From positions 37,075-101,074 of the IMG/VR virus record IMGVR_UViG_3300018080_000131: a DNA stretch of 64,000 bases. The stretch is one strand, 5' to 3'. The notes beneath the pieces are model-generated. The model had not been told where the DNA came from. It ran no database searches and saw only the letters and a program-made list of their open reading frames with translations. This document shows, piece after piece, positions 1 to 10,286 of the stretch (within the stretch, counting starts at the first letter, position 1; each line of letters opens with the position of its first letter). The position numbers and the translations under genes are program-made. The stretch comes from a virus.

Positions 1-936
1 ACTTGTGGAAGAAAAGTAACAGAGAAATCAGTAGAAGATGTTAAGAAAAGATATAAAGAGGATTTGAAACCTTTGCTTTTAAAACAAAAGAAATGGAATG
101 AAGAGGTTGTTAAATTTAATAAAGAAAAAGAAGATAAGAAAGTAAAATGGGATAAGAAAATAGATGAACTTATTAAGGCTGAGGATGAGCTTCTTGATGC
201 TGTAGAAGATTTTGAAAAAGAGAAGAAAGGGTTTGAGGATAAGATAAGAAGATTTGAGGATGATATTAAAGATAATAAAAGAGAGATTAAGGGTTTAGAA
301 GATAAGAAAGATTTAGCAGAAGGATATGCTCAGGAAGCTATTGATAAGAAGAAAGAGGGTTTAAAGAAGGTTGAAAATGGTATTAAGGATATTAAAAAAG
401 CTATGAAGAAGTTAGAGATTGATATTCCTTATTATGAATTTTGGGTTGAAGGGTTTGGTAATAAGGGTATTAAGAGCTTCTTGATTGATGAGGTAGTTCC
501 AGTGTTGAATAACAAAGTTAGTGAGTTTGCATCTGCTCTTATGGATGATAGTGTTCAGGTTCAGTTTGATACTCAAAGTAAATTGAAGAGTGGGGAGTAT
601 AGAGAGAAGTTTGATGTTAAAATGGTAGTTGGTGATGAGGAAATTAATTATAGTAGTTTCTCAGCAGGAGAGAAAAGGAAGATTGATGTTGCAATTCTAT
701 TAGCATTACAGAATCTTATCTTTCAGAGAAGTGCTAGTGGTTGTAATTTGGTTGTTTTTGATGAGGTGTTTGATGCTTTAGATAGAGTTGGAATTGAAAG
801 GGTTGTTAATTTACTTAGTGAAGAATCTAAAGAGAAATCTATTTTTGTGATAAGCCATATTCAAGAGCTTCAGGATTATTTTGATAAAGTGATTATAGTA
901 AAAAATAAAAATGGAATAAGTGAATTGGAGGCATAA
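1..936 (+). CDS. SbcC/Rad50/T4 gp46-like recombination ATPase (5' truncated)
   Basis: Frame open from base 1 (TCG of a zinc hook), coiled coil, ABC signature FSAGEKRK, Walker B VVFDEVFDALD, H-loop ISH. Confidence 0.9.
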   Translation, partial: TCGRKVTEKSVEDVKKRYKEDLKPLLLKQKKWNEEVVKFNKEKEDKKVKWDKKIDELIKAEDELLDAVEDFEKEKKGFEDKIRRFEDDIKDNKREIKGLEDKKDLAEGYAQEAIDKKKEGLKKVENGIKDIKKAMKKLEIDIPYYEFWVEGFGNKGIKSFLIDEVVPVLNNKVSEFASALMDDSVQVQFDTQSKLKSGEYREKFDVKMVVGDEEINYSSFSAGEKRKIDVAILLALQNLIFQRSASGCNLVVFDEVFDALDRVGIERVVNLLSEESKEKSIFVISHIQELQDYFDKVIIVKNKNGISELEA

Positions 937-1116
937 ATGCTTAATTTATTAATTGGTTTGAAACATCCAGATAAGGTTTTTAATGTTGATAATTATCAGG
1001 AGTTTCAACATAAGAAGTTTGGAAATCAGTTATGGATTCAAATGAAATTAGCTGATGGTGGAAAAGCAGAAGTTCCAGCAGAGAATGTTGCTTTTATAAT
1101 AGAGGCTAAGAAATAA
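937..1116 (+). CDS. hypothetical protein (59 aa)
   Basis: ATG right after upstream TAA; its stop overlaps the next ATG. Confidence 0.55.
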   Translation: MLNLLIGLKHPDKVFNVDNYQEFQHKKFGNQLWIQMKLADGGKAEVPAENVAFIIEAKK

Positions 1117-1685
1117 TGGCAAAAGATTGGAAAGGATTTGAAAGAGAAGTAGCAAGATTGCTAACTGTAGTTTACTATCCTGATGGTGATGGAGAATTTA
1201 GAAGAGTTCCACAATCTGGTGGTTGGGATAAGAAGGTTGTTACAGGTGATATAATGGCATTGAAAAAAACTTATGAAGATAGTTTTGTCTTTGATGTTAC
1301 TTTTCCATTTTCTGTAGAATGTAAAACACATAGAGATATTAAACATTTCTTTTCAGGATTGTATTCTAAAGATAGTGAATTATTTCAGTGGATGCAACAA
1401 GCTGAAGATGATTGTAGACATATTCCTAATAGAAGACCTATTGTTACTTTTAGATTGTATAGACAGAAGATTGTGAGTATGTTGAAAGCTGAAGATTTTA
1501 GTAAGTTGAAGGAGATGTTTGGAGAACCAAAATTTAAGTATTATTTTCTTAGAAAGTATCCTACAGAATTTGAAGAGAATTTTGATATTAATCTTTTGGT
1601 ATTGTGTTTATTCAGTGATTTTGTAGAATGGATTGATTGGGGTATTTATAAAATGAAATATATAAGGAGTATGGTGAGGAAATGA
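1116..1685 (+). CDS. Holliday junction resolvase-like PD-(D/E)xK nuclease
   Basis: GFEREVA..RRVPQSGG..GDI..SVECK pattern typical of phage Hjc-type resolvases. Confidence 0.75.
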   Translation: MAKDWKGFEREVARLLTVVYYPDGDGEFRRVPQSGGWDKKVVTGDIMALKKTYEDSFVFDVTFPFSVECKTHRDIKHFFSGLYSKDSELFQWMQQAEDDCRHIPNRRPIVTFRLYRQKIVSMLKAEDFSKLKEMFGEPKFKYYFLRKYPTEFEENFDINLLVLCLFSDFVEWIDWGIYKMKYIRSMVRK

Positions 1686-2014
1686 AACTTAAATACTGGT
1701 TAAAATACAAATGGCAAAGATTAACTAAAGGGTTTGGTGATGATGAAGTTTGGAATTTAGATGTTACAATAGCTGAATTTATTCTTCCAAGATTAAAGAG
1801 GCTTAGAGAGATTCAACATGGTTTTCCAGCTTGTTTAGATAAAGATGGAGAAGATTTAGGTGCAGTAGAATGGGATAGAAGATTGGATAGTATGATAGAG
1901 GCTTTTATAATAATTAGTAATGAGTGTTATTGGGATATGGATAGTGAAATGAATAAGGTTGTTAAGGAAGGTTTGAATTATTTCAGAGAGCATTTTTTTG
2001 ATTTATGGGATTAA
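1682..2014 (+). CDS. conserved phage hypothetical protein
   Basis: WNLD.TIAEFILPRL...FFDLWD pattern seen in large phages. Confidence 0.6.
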   Translation: MKLKYWLKYKWQRLTKGFGDDEVWNLDVTIAEFILPRLKRLREIQHGFPACLDKDGEDLGAVEWDRRLDSMIEAFIIISNECYWDMDSEMNKVVKEGLNYFREHFFDLWD

Positions 2015-2281
2015 GAAATGAGAATGATTTGTTTCTTTAGAGGCTTGTTGAGAACATTTATATATCCTGTTGGCTGTTGGGTTTCTGGTCATAATCTTGT
2101 TGAAACTTTTAATGATGGGTTTACTCAGGTGTTAACTTGTGAGACTTGTGGTTTTGAGTCAAAAGGTAAAAAAGAGGGATTTTTCAGAGAATTTACAGAA
2201 AAAAATGAAAAAAATTTTCATGTATAACTTGTTTGTTTTTATGTACTTAGAAAAAAACTTTAAAAAACTTTAAAAAAAGAC

Positions 2282-2310
2282 TTGACAAACAAGAAAAAAT
2301 GTTTTATATT
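2282..2310 (+). promoter_or_regulatory. sigma70-type early promoter, repeat copy 1
   Basis: TTGACA-17-TATATT with upstream A-tracts. Confidence 0.85.
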
Positions 2311-2343
2311 ATAAGTACAATGACAAATAAAAAGGAGCAAACA

Positions 2344-2652
2344 ATGAAACAAGCAAAGAGAAAAGGTATTATTGGTGAGTGTCCTTTGTGTTCCACAGAG
2401 GCACAGAGCAGAGTGCTTTATTACACAGAGGTTACTGGTGTTTATGAATGTGCTTTTTGTGGTGCAATTCATGGACAGTGTTACAAAGGTGATTCTTATA
2501 CCTTGGTGAAACCTTTCTTCCATCCTAATCCTAATGAGGTTGAGGCTGAGGATACAAGGTATTATGATTTAACAGTATTGGGTTCTGATGGAGTAACAAG
2601 AAGGCATGGTTGGTTTGACCCCAAAACAAAGACAATTATCCAGGTTGGATAA
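2344..2652 (+). CDS. Cys-rich (zinc-ribbon) early hypothetical protein
   Basis: AAGGAG RBS; CPLC and CAFC motifs. Confidence 0.65.
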   Translation: MKQAKRKGIIGECPLCSTEAQSRVLYYTEVTGVYECAFCGAIHGQCYKGDSYTLVKPFFHPNPNEVEAEDTRYYDLTVLGSDGVTRRHGWFDPKTKTIIQVG

Positions 2653-2653
2653 A

Positions 2654-3052
2654 ATGGTTGACAGAAAATATTATTCAACAATGATTCTTCCAATAGAAGT
2701 TTCACAAACAATAGCTGATTCTTTTTGTGGGATTTTTGGTCTTCCAAAAGTTGAAGTTATTTACAAAGATTTGTCTTATCTAAATGCTTGGGGATTGTAT
2801 GAAGGAACTAAAGTGTTTCTGGAAAAAACAAGACCAAGGCTTGCTACTCTTCTTCATGAGATTGCCCATCATGTTCAGAATGAAGAGAATCCTAATTACA
2901 GATGTTTTGAATCTGTTCATGGTGCTTCTTATCAGAAAGCAATCAGAAAGGTTGTTAAGGTTTTTAGAGAAGCTTATGGTTGTGAAAGGTTTATATACTT
3001 TTCAGGTAAACAAATTTTAGAACCTAAAAGGAGAAAGAAAAATGGGTTATGA
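2654..3052 (+). CDS. zincin-like (SprT-like) metallopeptidase domain protein
   Basis: LLHEIAHH plus downstream HG motif. Confidence 0.6.
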   Translation: MVDRKYYSTMILPIEVSQTIADSFCGIFGLPKVEVIYKDLSYLNAWGLYEGTKVFLEKTRPRLATLLHEIAHHVQNEENPNYRCFESVHGASYQKAIRKVVKVFREAYGCERFIYFSGKQILEPKRRKKNGL

Positions 3053-3470
3053 TGTAACATTGTATTTAGGAAATCTTTGGTCAACTGACAGTTGGAGAGA
3101 GGAAATCACAAATAGTAAAGGGGAGAGTATGCAGAGTTATGAGCAAGTTGCTGAAGTAGATTTGTGTTGTGTTGATAATTCTCTTCATAAACTTATGAAT
3201 GAAATGCCAGTTAGTAGGTATTACATTTGGCAAAAATCTGATGATATTGAGAATGAACCAAAAGTTACTAATGATGGTTACAATGATTTTAAGATGTTTA
3301 CTGGTAATGATGTTAAAAAATTGTATGCTTTGATAATGGCTGAACAGGCTAAAGATATGCATGAGTATCAAGGTAGCCAAGGCTATAGAAGATATGATAT
3401 GGCACTTGGTATGCTTAGGAATCTTATGGAGAATTTTAATAATCCTATTGTTATTTGGTATGGTAGTTAA
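3042..3470 (+). CDS. hypothetical protein
   Basis: RBS AGGAG; 142 aa ORF overlapping upstream stop. Confidence 0.6.
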   Translation: MGYDVTLYLGNLWSTDSWREEITNSKGESMQSYEQVAEVDLCCVDNSLHKLMNEMPVSRYYIWQKSDDIENEPKVTNDGYNDFKMFTGNDVKKLYALIMAEQAKDMHEYQGSQGYRRYDMALGMLRNLMENFNNPIVIWYGS

Positions 3471-3494
3471 GAAAATAAGAAAGAAGTAAGTAAA

Positions 3495-3707
3495 ATGATT
3501 TGGGTTTTAATGGAATGGCTTTACACAGTATTGGGATTAGTAGGATGTTATTTAGTTGTGAAGAAAAAGAGAATAGGATGGTTGATTTGGCTTTTATCTT
3601 GTCCAATTATGGTAGGTGTTTTGATTCATAAACAAAGTTACCCAATTATTTTAGTGTTTATTGCTTATGGAATTTTAAACATTAAAGGATGGATAGAATG
3701 GAAATGA
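3495..3707 (+). CDS. small PnuC-like membrane protein
   Basis: Three hydrophobic segments; K.R.GW..W and G(W)..W pattern. Confidence 0.55.
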   Translation: MIWVLMEWLYTVLGLVGCYLVVKKKRIGWLIWLLSCPIMVGVLIHKQSYPIILVFIAYGILNIKGWIEWK

Positions 3708-3839
3708 TTAAAACTAAGTGTTGTAAAAAAGCAGTAAATTATCATGTACAAGATAATTGCATACATGATTTTTTAACTTGTAGAGATTGTGGGAGAGAAG
3801 TAAATTTTAAAGGAAATATAATAAAAAAAGGAGAAAAAA

Positions 3840-4532
3840 ATGAGTAGAAAGAATGGTTTTAATGTTTGGATGACTATTTTAACATCTATGGTTTTAGGAT
3901 TAATTGGTGGTTTTGTTGCTGAGATTCATAGTGATAAAAAGATTATAAAGACCTTGAATGAAAGATTGGCTGAGGTTGAGATTGAGCTTAAAGCTAATTC
4001 AAAGCAGATACCACACATAGCAAAGTATATGACAGTGGTTAGGAATCTTACTGAAGCTGTTGGTGATAATATGACAGCATATGAGATTGTAGAAGTTTCA
4101 AAGATTATTGTTACTCAGTGTCAGATTCATGAAGATATTGAGTTGACACCAGATTTGATTTTTGGGCTTATTGAAAGAGAGAGTGGGTTTAATCCTAATG
4201 CTGTTAGTTCAGCTAATGCTTATGGATTAATGCAAATAACTAGAAGCTGTTTTGCAATTCATCTTTCAGAACTTGGATATGAGTTTTCAAAAGAGGTTGC
4301 TTTAAATCCAGTGGTAAATATTCAGGTTGGTATAATGGAATTGATTAGGTTGAGAAGGCTTTATTTGGAAGAAGGTTTTGAAGGTTGGAGTATTCCTTTA
4401 CATTCTTATTTTTGGGGTGAGAGATATACAAGAACACTGTTAACCACAAAGAATAGGGTTAATGTTCCTGGTTTGGAATATTCAAAAGGAATAATAGACC
4501 TTGCAAAAGGATGGAAGGAGAAGGGAGTATGA
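3840..4532 (+). CDS. lytic transglycosylase (SLT domain), membrane-anchored
   Basis: IERESGFNPNAVS..A.GLMQI, NI..G motifs; N-terminal TM helix. Confidence 0.9.
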   Translation: MSRKNGFNVWMTILTSMVLGLIGGFVAEIHSDKKIIKTLNERLAEVEIELKANSKQIPHIAKYMTVVRNLTEAVGDNMTAYEIVEVSKIIVTQCQIHEDIELTPDLIFGLIERESGFNPNAVSSANAYGLMQITRSCFAIHLSELGYEFSKEVALNPVVNIQVGIMELIRLRRLYLEEGFEGWSIPLHSYFWGERYTRTLLTTKNRVNVPGLEYSKGIIDLAKGWKEKGV

Positions 4533-5338
4533 AAAAAGAAGAAAAAATTAAAATAGTTAAGGATTTTCATAAAGGTGTAGAATTACAAAGACAAGCTGAT
4601 AATTTGATGTATGGGGTTTCTTCTATATCTCATGAGATTAAAGAAGGGGAAAGAATAATTATTTCTTTTATATATAAAGGTAAGGGTTATAAGATTTTTG
4701 GAGAGGATTTAATAAATGGGTAAGTTAAAGGTAACAGAAGAGCTTATTAGAAAGGCTGAGAGAGTGATTGGTAATGGTAGTATACCAACTAATAGGGGAT
4801 TAAGTAGAAAGGAGCTTAGAAGCCTTGAGAGAGCTAATATAGTAAAGAAAACTAAGGTATTTGAGAAGAAGAAATACTCAGATGCTAATCCTCAGTATTA
4901 TTATATATGGGAGATGGTTGAAAAATGAAACAAAAAAAGGAAAAACATTTAGTTAATCCAGACAGATTTTATGTTATTCAAAAGCTTGAAGATTTAGGTG
5001 GGAAAACTAATGATTTAACTTTAATTTGTTGTGATTGTGGTTTGGTTCATGATGTTTGGTTTAAAGTTAAAAATGAAAAGTTGTATTTTAAAATAGATAG
5101 AAATGAATATGAAACTGAATATTGGAGAAAATATGGAAAGTTACCAGATAGGAGAAAGAAGAGAGGTATTTTTAAATGAGTAAAAATTTTTATATGAATG
5201 ATTATAATGAGGCTGAAGGTGTTTTTGTTGATACAGCTATTAATGAAATTTGTGATATTATGTTGTATAGGGGTAATATGATGGAAGAAGGAAGACTAAG
5301 AGAGATTCTTGGTAAATTGATTTTAAGGGTGATAAAAG

Positions 5339-5767
5339 ATGAGCAAAAATAAAGTTCCTAAAACAAAGGTAAAAAAAGAGAGAATAGATTTACTTGATTT
5401 TGCTGTTATGAATGTTGTGATGTATATGGAAATTGAAAGAGATGCTAGAAATGTTCTTATTAGAACAAAAAGACTTACTCAGTTTCTTGATTTGAAGTTG
5501 AAAATAGAAATGGCTTTTTGTGAGAATGTTTTGATTAATCTGTTTGGGGTTTCAAAAGCTGAGATTATAAGAATAGCTGAAGGATTTAGAGCAGATAAAA
5601 ATTGGGAAAAAGAGGTTGAGAGGTTTGTTGATGCTGTTGCTCCAGGTGGAACAAAGAAGGTTCAGTTATTTAATGAGAATGATTTTAAGAATGAGGTTAT
5701 TAATCAAGATAGAACTAAAAAGGAAGAAAAGAAAATAAAAACAGGTGGTGGGTTGATAATATCATGA
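5339..5767 (+). CDS. hypothetical protein
   Basis: 142 aa ORF in a tightly packed operon. Confidence 0.6.
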   Translation: MSKNKVPKTKVKKERIDLLDFAVMNVVMYMEIERDARNVLIRTKRLTQFLDLKLKIEMAFCENVLINLFGVSKAEIIRIAEGFRADKNWEKEVERFVDAVAPGGTKKVQLFNENDFKNEVINQDRTKKEEKKIKTGGGLIIS

Positions 5768-6165
5768 AAGAAAAAAGATTAAAAAGAAGTGAAAAAAGAA
5801 AACATAGTAATATGGTTGTTGCTGTTGATTTGGATGGCACTATTATTAAAGATTGGTCAGGAAGTATATTTGAATTTGGTGAGCTTCAGAAAGGTGCAGT
5901 TGATTATATGAAGAAGATAAGAAAAGCTGGTTATACTATTATGATTCATACATGCAGATTAACTCCAAGTGTTTATAAGTATGCTAATGATACACAAGAG
6001 CTTGCATTAGTGAGAATAGAAAAGTTTCTTGATGATAATGATATTCCTTATGATGCTTTTTGGGTAGGAGAAGGGAAACCAGTTGCAGATTTTTATATTG
6101 ATGATAGAGGAATAAGATTTGAAACATGGAAACAGGTTTGGAGAGAGATGAATGAAAGAATGTGA
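5764..6165 (+). CDS. HAD-superfamily phosphatase-like protein
   Basis: VDLDGT motif I, HTCR, KP.AD.YIDDR. Confidence 0.8.
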   Translation: MKEKRLKRSEKRKHSNMVVAVDLDGTIIKDWSGSIFEFGELQKGAVDYMKKIRKAGYTIMIHTCRLTPSVYKYANDTQELALVRIEKFLDDNDIPYDAFWVGEGKPVADFYIDDRGIRFETWKQVWREMNERM

Positions 6166-6421
6166 GTTGTGTGATTTGGAAAAGAAAACTAAGTGGTATT
6201 ATGAAGATTCTGAATTTGTAGTTTGTGATTGTGAAACTTGTAAAATTCCTATGATTGTTAGTAAAGACCATAATTTTAGGTTAAAGGATTTTCCTGGTCA
6301 TGGTGCAGATAGAATTTTTAAGATAGTTCAAAAAGTGTTTCCAGGTAGAGATTTTTATTTTAGAACTGAGCAAAGAAAGGTAAAGAATCATTGGCATTGG
6401 CACATAATTTTTGAGGAGTAA
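6152..6421 (+). CDS. HIT-like protein
   Basis: N-terminal CELC and C-terminal HWHWH histidine triad. Confidence 0.65.
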   Translation: MKECELCDLEKKTKWYYEDSEFVVCDCETCKIPMIVSKDHNFRLKDFPGHGADRIFKIVQKVFPGRDFYFRTEQRKVKNHWHWHIIFEE

Positions 6422-6962
6422 AATAATGTTATATGAATTTTCAAAACAGTTTGAATCTTTTGTTAAAGCTTGTAAGAGTCAGTGGGTTTGTGGTGGTGAT
6501 AGATATGCTTTAGAAGAGAATAAAGAGTTCACTGATTTGGTTTGTGAGATTGCTGGTAATATTTGGATAGGTGGAAATATTATTAAGTATTCAGGTGAGA
6601 TTTGGAATTCAAAAAGGCATGGAGAACCTATTGTTGAAGTTAACTTTTTCAAAATTGCTGTTTATTCTTATATTTGGTGGTTGAAAGAGGTAAAACACCC
6701 AACAACAGGAATTGCATTGAAGAAGAAATATTGGTATGAGTTTGTTGTAGGAATGTGGAAAGCTCATTGTGGTTTAGATAAGTTAGGAGAAATTGGAACA
6801 GATACATTTATTGAGTTGATAGATTGGTTGAAAATGCTTGGTCCAAAGAAAATAGAATATTGGGATATTTTGTTTACAGTAGGAGCAAGAGCTTATGAAT
6901 GGTGGTTATTAGAACAGCATAATTTAACTGATAGAGATAAAGGTGAGGAATTTGAGAAATGA
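6411..6962 (+). CDS. hypothetical protein
   Basis: 183 aa ORF overlapping neighbours. Confidence 0.55.
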   Translation: MRSKIMLYEFSKQFESFVKACKSQWVCGGDRYALEENKEFTDLVCEIAGNIWIGGNIIKYSGEIWNSKRHGEPIVEVNFFKIAVYSYIWWLKEVKHPTTGIALKKKYWYEFVVGMWKAHCGLDKLGEIGTDTFIELIDWLKMLGPKKIEYWDILFTVGARAYEWWLLEQHNLTDRDKGEEFEK

Positions 6963-7489
6963 AAATTAGATTTATAATAGAAATTTATAATAAATATGAT
7001 TATTTTGGTAAAGATGAGTTTAGAACTTTTAGAGTTGTTGATGATACAGATGTTAATTCTATTGAAACTGCTGAAATAGAAATTAAAAAATTGATTGATA
7101 AATTTAATGAAGAAGAAAAAAATAATTATGGAGAAAAGGCTGGAAGTAGAAAATTATTAAGAATTATTGATGAAGAAAAATTAAAAAAGTGTCCAACTGA
7201 ATTAATATGGGATTCTTATATGAGACAGGAATTACAGGGTGAGTGTTCTGAATGTGGGTATAAGTTTATTGATTTTTTTAATAGAGGAAAACAAAAACCA
7301 GAAAATTTTAAACATTGTTTGGGTTTTGGTCAATCAAGAGTTAAAAATTTTGATAGAGTTATTGTTTTTGAGTGTCCAAAATGTTTTTTAAAATCACAAT
7401 TTCATTGTAATGATAATTGGTATGATTTATATGGTGAATGGATTGTTGATAATTCTATATTTTTGAAAGATGAGAAAAATAATGAGTAA
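6959..7489 (+). CDS. hypothetical protein with CxxC pairs
   Basis: CSEC and CPKC motifs. Confidence 0.55.
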   Translation: MKIRFIIEIYNKYDYFGKDEFRTFRVVDDTDVNSIETAEIEIKKLIDKFNEEEKNNYGEKAGSRKLLRIIDEEKLKKCPTELIWDSYMRQELQGECSECGYKFIDFFNRGKQKPENFKHCLGFGQSRVKNFDRVIVFECPKCFLKSQFHCNDNWYDLYGEWIVDNSIFLKDEKNNE

Positions 7490-9155
7490 AGCTGTGTGTG
7501 ATTTAAAAGGTGGTTCTTGTGTTGCAGAAGCAAGGTATTATAGTGAAGGAGAAGATTGGGATAAGTTGGCTATGAGAGTTTCACAGGCTATTGGTGTTAA
7601 TGAAAGTGATATTGTGGTAGCTCAAACATATGATATAATAAATAGAAAAGAGTTTATTCCTGGTGGTAGGATTCTTAGAAATGCAGGAAAGCTAAAAAGA
7701 AATCTTTTAAACTGTTTTGTTATTCCTATTGATGATAGTATAGAGGCTATTGCTAATTGTATGAGAGATTCATTAATAACTTGGTCTTCTGGTGGTGGAG
7801 TAGGTGTTAATTTTTCTCCATTAAGACCAGTAGGAGAAGAGATTAAAGGGAAAGGTGGTGAGTCTTCAGGATTGGTATCTTTCCTAGAGGCTATGGATGC
7901 TGTTGCTAATACTATTGAGTGTGGTGGTCAAAGAAGGAGTGCTTGTATTGCTATTGTTGATATTTCTCATCCAGAGATAGAAGAGTTTATTGATGCAAAG
8001 TTGAAGCATGGGAAGTTGAAAAACTTTAATATATCAGTTGGTATTAATGATGCATTTCTTGAAGCAGTAGAAAGAGGGAATGGCTGGAATTTAGAGTTTA
8101 GGCAAAAGGTATATAAAGAGGTAATGGCTAGAGATTTGTGGGATAAGATTCTAAAAAACATGATTAATTCAGCAGAACCAGGATTGTTGAATATGAGTAA
8201 TTTGACTAAAGCTAATAGTTATTACTTTTCTCCTATTATTGCTACTAATCCTTGTGGAGAACTTCCTTTGAGTGCTTATGGTTCTTGTGATTTAGGAGCT
8301 TTGAATTTACCTTTATTTGTTACTCCAGGTGGTTATACTAATTGGAAATCTTTGGAAGATGTTATAAAATTAGCTGTTAGGTTTTTGGATAATGTTATAG
8401 ATATAACTACATACCCAATTCCACAAATGAAAGAAGTTGCAGAAAAAGGAAGAAGAGTTGGTTTGGGGATAATGGGATTAGCTGATTATTTATTTCTGAA
8501 GAAAATAAGATATGGTTCTGAAAAGGCTAATAATGAGATTGAACATTTGTTTAAGTTTATTAGAAATACAGCATATGAAACAAGTATAAAGCTTGCAAAA
8601 GAAAAAGAACCTTTCCCAGCATTTGATTCAGTGGATTATGGTAAGGCTAGTTTTGTTAGGAAGCTTCCTGCTAAGATAAGAAAGGCTATAAAGGAAAATG
8701 GTATTAGGAATTCTTCTCTTTTAACAGTTGCTCCTACAGGTACAACAAGTATGGTAGGAGAAGTTACAAGTGGAATTGAGCCTTTGTTTTCTAAAGCACA
8801 TAGAAGAAAGGATGCTTTAGGTGAGAGAGTTATTATTCATCCTATGTATATAGAATTTTTGAAAGATGGGAAGATTCCTGATTGGTTTGTTGATGCTCAT
8901 GATTTGAAACCAGAAGAGCATTTTGAAACACAGGCTTTGATTCAGAAATATGTGGATGGAAGTATAAGCAAAACAATTAATCTTCCTGCTAATACAACAG
9001 TTAAGCAGTTGTCAGAATGGCTTCTTGAATATGCTTATGAGTTGAAGGGAGTTACAGTGTATGTTGATAAAAGTAGGAAGGAGCAGGTTTTGTATCCTAT
9101 GAGTAAAAAGGAAGTAAAAGAATATTTGAAGGAGAAGGAAAATGAAAGCAAGTAA
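7482..9155 (+). CDS. nrdJ: ribonucleoside-diphosphate reductase, probably class II (adenosylcobalamin-dependent)
   Basis: PGGRIL, NCF, GGGVG, NPCGEL, APTGT, SGIEP, SKTINLP; no NrdB partner nearby. Confidence 0.85.
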   Translation: MSKAVCDLKGGSCVAEARYYSEGEDWDKLAMRVSQAIGVNESDIVVAQTYDIINRKEFIPGGRILRNAGKLKRNLLNCFVIPIDDSIEAIANCMRDSLITWSSGGGVGVNFSPLRPVGEEIKGKGGESSGLVSFLEAMDAVANTIECGGQRRSACIAIVDISHPEIEEFIDAKLKHGKLKNFNISVGINDAFLEAVERGNGWNLEFRQKVYKEVMARDLWDKILKNMINSAEPGLLNMSNLTKANSYYFSPIIATNPCGELPLSAYGSCDLGALNLPLFVTPGGYTNWKSLEDVIKLAVRFLDNVIDITTYPIPQMKEVAEKGRRVGLGIMGLADYLFLKKIRYGSEKANNEIEHLFKFIRNTAYETSIKLAKEKEPFPAFDSVDYGKASFVRKLPAKIRKAIKENGIRNSSLLTVAPTGTTSMVGEVTSGIEPLFSKAHRRKDALGERVIIHPMYIEFLKDGKIPDWFVDAHDLKPEEHFETQALIQKYVDGSISKTINLPANTTVKQLSEWLLEYAYELKGVTVYVDKSRKEQVLYPMSKKEVKEYLKEKENESK

Positions 9156-9453
9156 ATATTTAAAAGGTGAGATTCTTTATGAGATTTTTGAAGAAATGTG
9201 TAAAAGGGTTGGAGCTAGTCTTGATGATATTGAGCTTGTGGAGAATAATGGTAAATATGAGTTTCCATATTATGCTTATGAATGGACAGAAGAAGAAGAA
9301 TCTGATTTTAGGAAATGGTTGACAAACTATCTATATAAAAACAGAAAGAAGTTTGGAATGTCATATATGACAAAGAAGAGGATTGATATTTATGAGACTC
9401 CATTATTTTTGTTAATGTATGGATGGAAATATAAGCAAGGAGAAGAAAAATGA
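9142..9453 (+). CDS. hypothetical protein
   Basis: RBS GGAG; 103 aa ORF. Confidence 0.55.
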   Translation: MKASKYLKGEILYEIFEEMCKRVGASLDDIELVENNGKYEFPYYAYEWTEEEESDFRKWLTNYLYKNRKKFGMSYMTKKRIDIYETPLFLLMYGWKYKQGEEK

Positions 9454-9593
9454 ATAAAACTATTTCATTTGAAATTGAATGTATTCTTGGTCAGGGTTAT
9501 ATTCTTACTTATGAAAGTAATGATTTTTCTTGTAGTGGTGAAGAAAAGCATATTTTTATGAGTAGACAAGAGCTTTATGATTTTATTGAAAAG

Positions 9594-9764
9594 AAATTTG
9601 AAGAGGAAAATGTTTAAATGAGATTAGAAGAAGCTGAAGATAAGGCATATGAGTTATTGGAAGCAGGTTATGTTTGCTCTGATTGGACAATTGAAGTAGA
9701 TAGTTTTTTAGAGTGGTTGAGGGAGAATGGGATAAAATTTGAAGAGGAGAATGTTTAAATGAGA
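9594..9764 (+). repeat. 30 bp direct repeats bracketing a 46-aa ORF (9618-9758)
   Basis: AAATTTGAAGAGGA(A/G)AATGTTTAAATGAGA at 9594-9623 and 9735-9764. Confidence 0.8.
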
Positions 9765-9920
9765 ATGTGTTTATGGCTTATTCAGTTAGGTGTTTGGTTT
9801 ATTGTAACAAGATTGGATAATAGTTTAAATATTACTATTCTTGCTGTAGTTAGCTTGTTTATTTCATTATTGGCTTTAGGAGTTGATTGGGGTAATAAAG
9901 AAGGAGCTAGGTGGAAAAAA

Positions 9921-10040
9921 TAGGTTGAAATATGGGTAAAATATACCTGTATAAGGGTGTTAGAGGCTTTCTAAGAGAAGAACTATATAATAGTAATATG
10001 TTTACATTAGTAGAAATAGAAAGATGCTTAGGATTGGTCT
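9921..10040. repeat. ~115 bp phased intergenic element, copy 1
   Basis: Colinear with 14985-15105 and 27975-28093. Confidence 0.8.
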
Positions 10041-10286
10041 AATGAAAAGAATAAGTGGTATTGATATTAGTAAATGGGGTATTTGGTTTAATTATCAGTT
10101 TTGGATTGACAAAGAAAAAAGAATAAATGAGGAAGACGGTTTGCTTTATGTGTGGATATGGAAAAGAAAGAAAAAATATAGAAGATTCAAATACTGTTCT
10201 TCTATATCTCAGGGTTTGTTTAAGAGCTTGAAAGAGGTAAGGGAATTTTGGGTTGATTATAATAAATTTGTAAGATGGTATAAAAC

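Noticed and set aside
7482-9155. Intein or intron in the ribonucleotide reductase
   Set aside because: Compact continuous ORF with no splice-junction motifs
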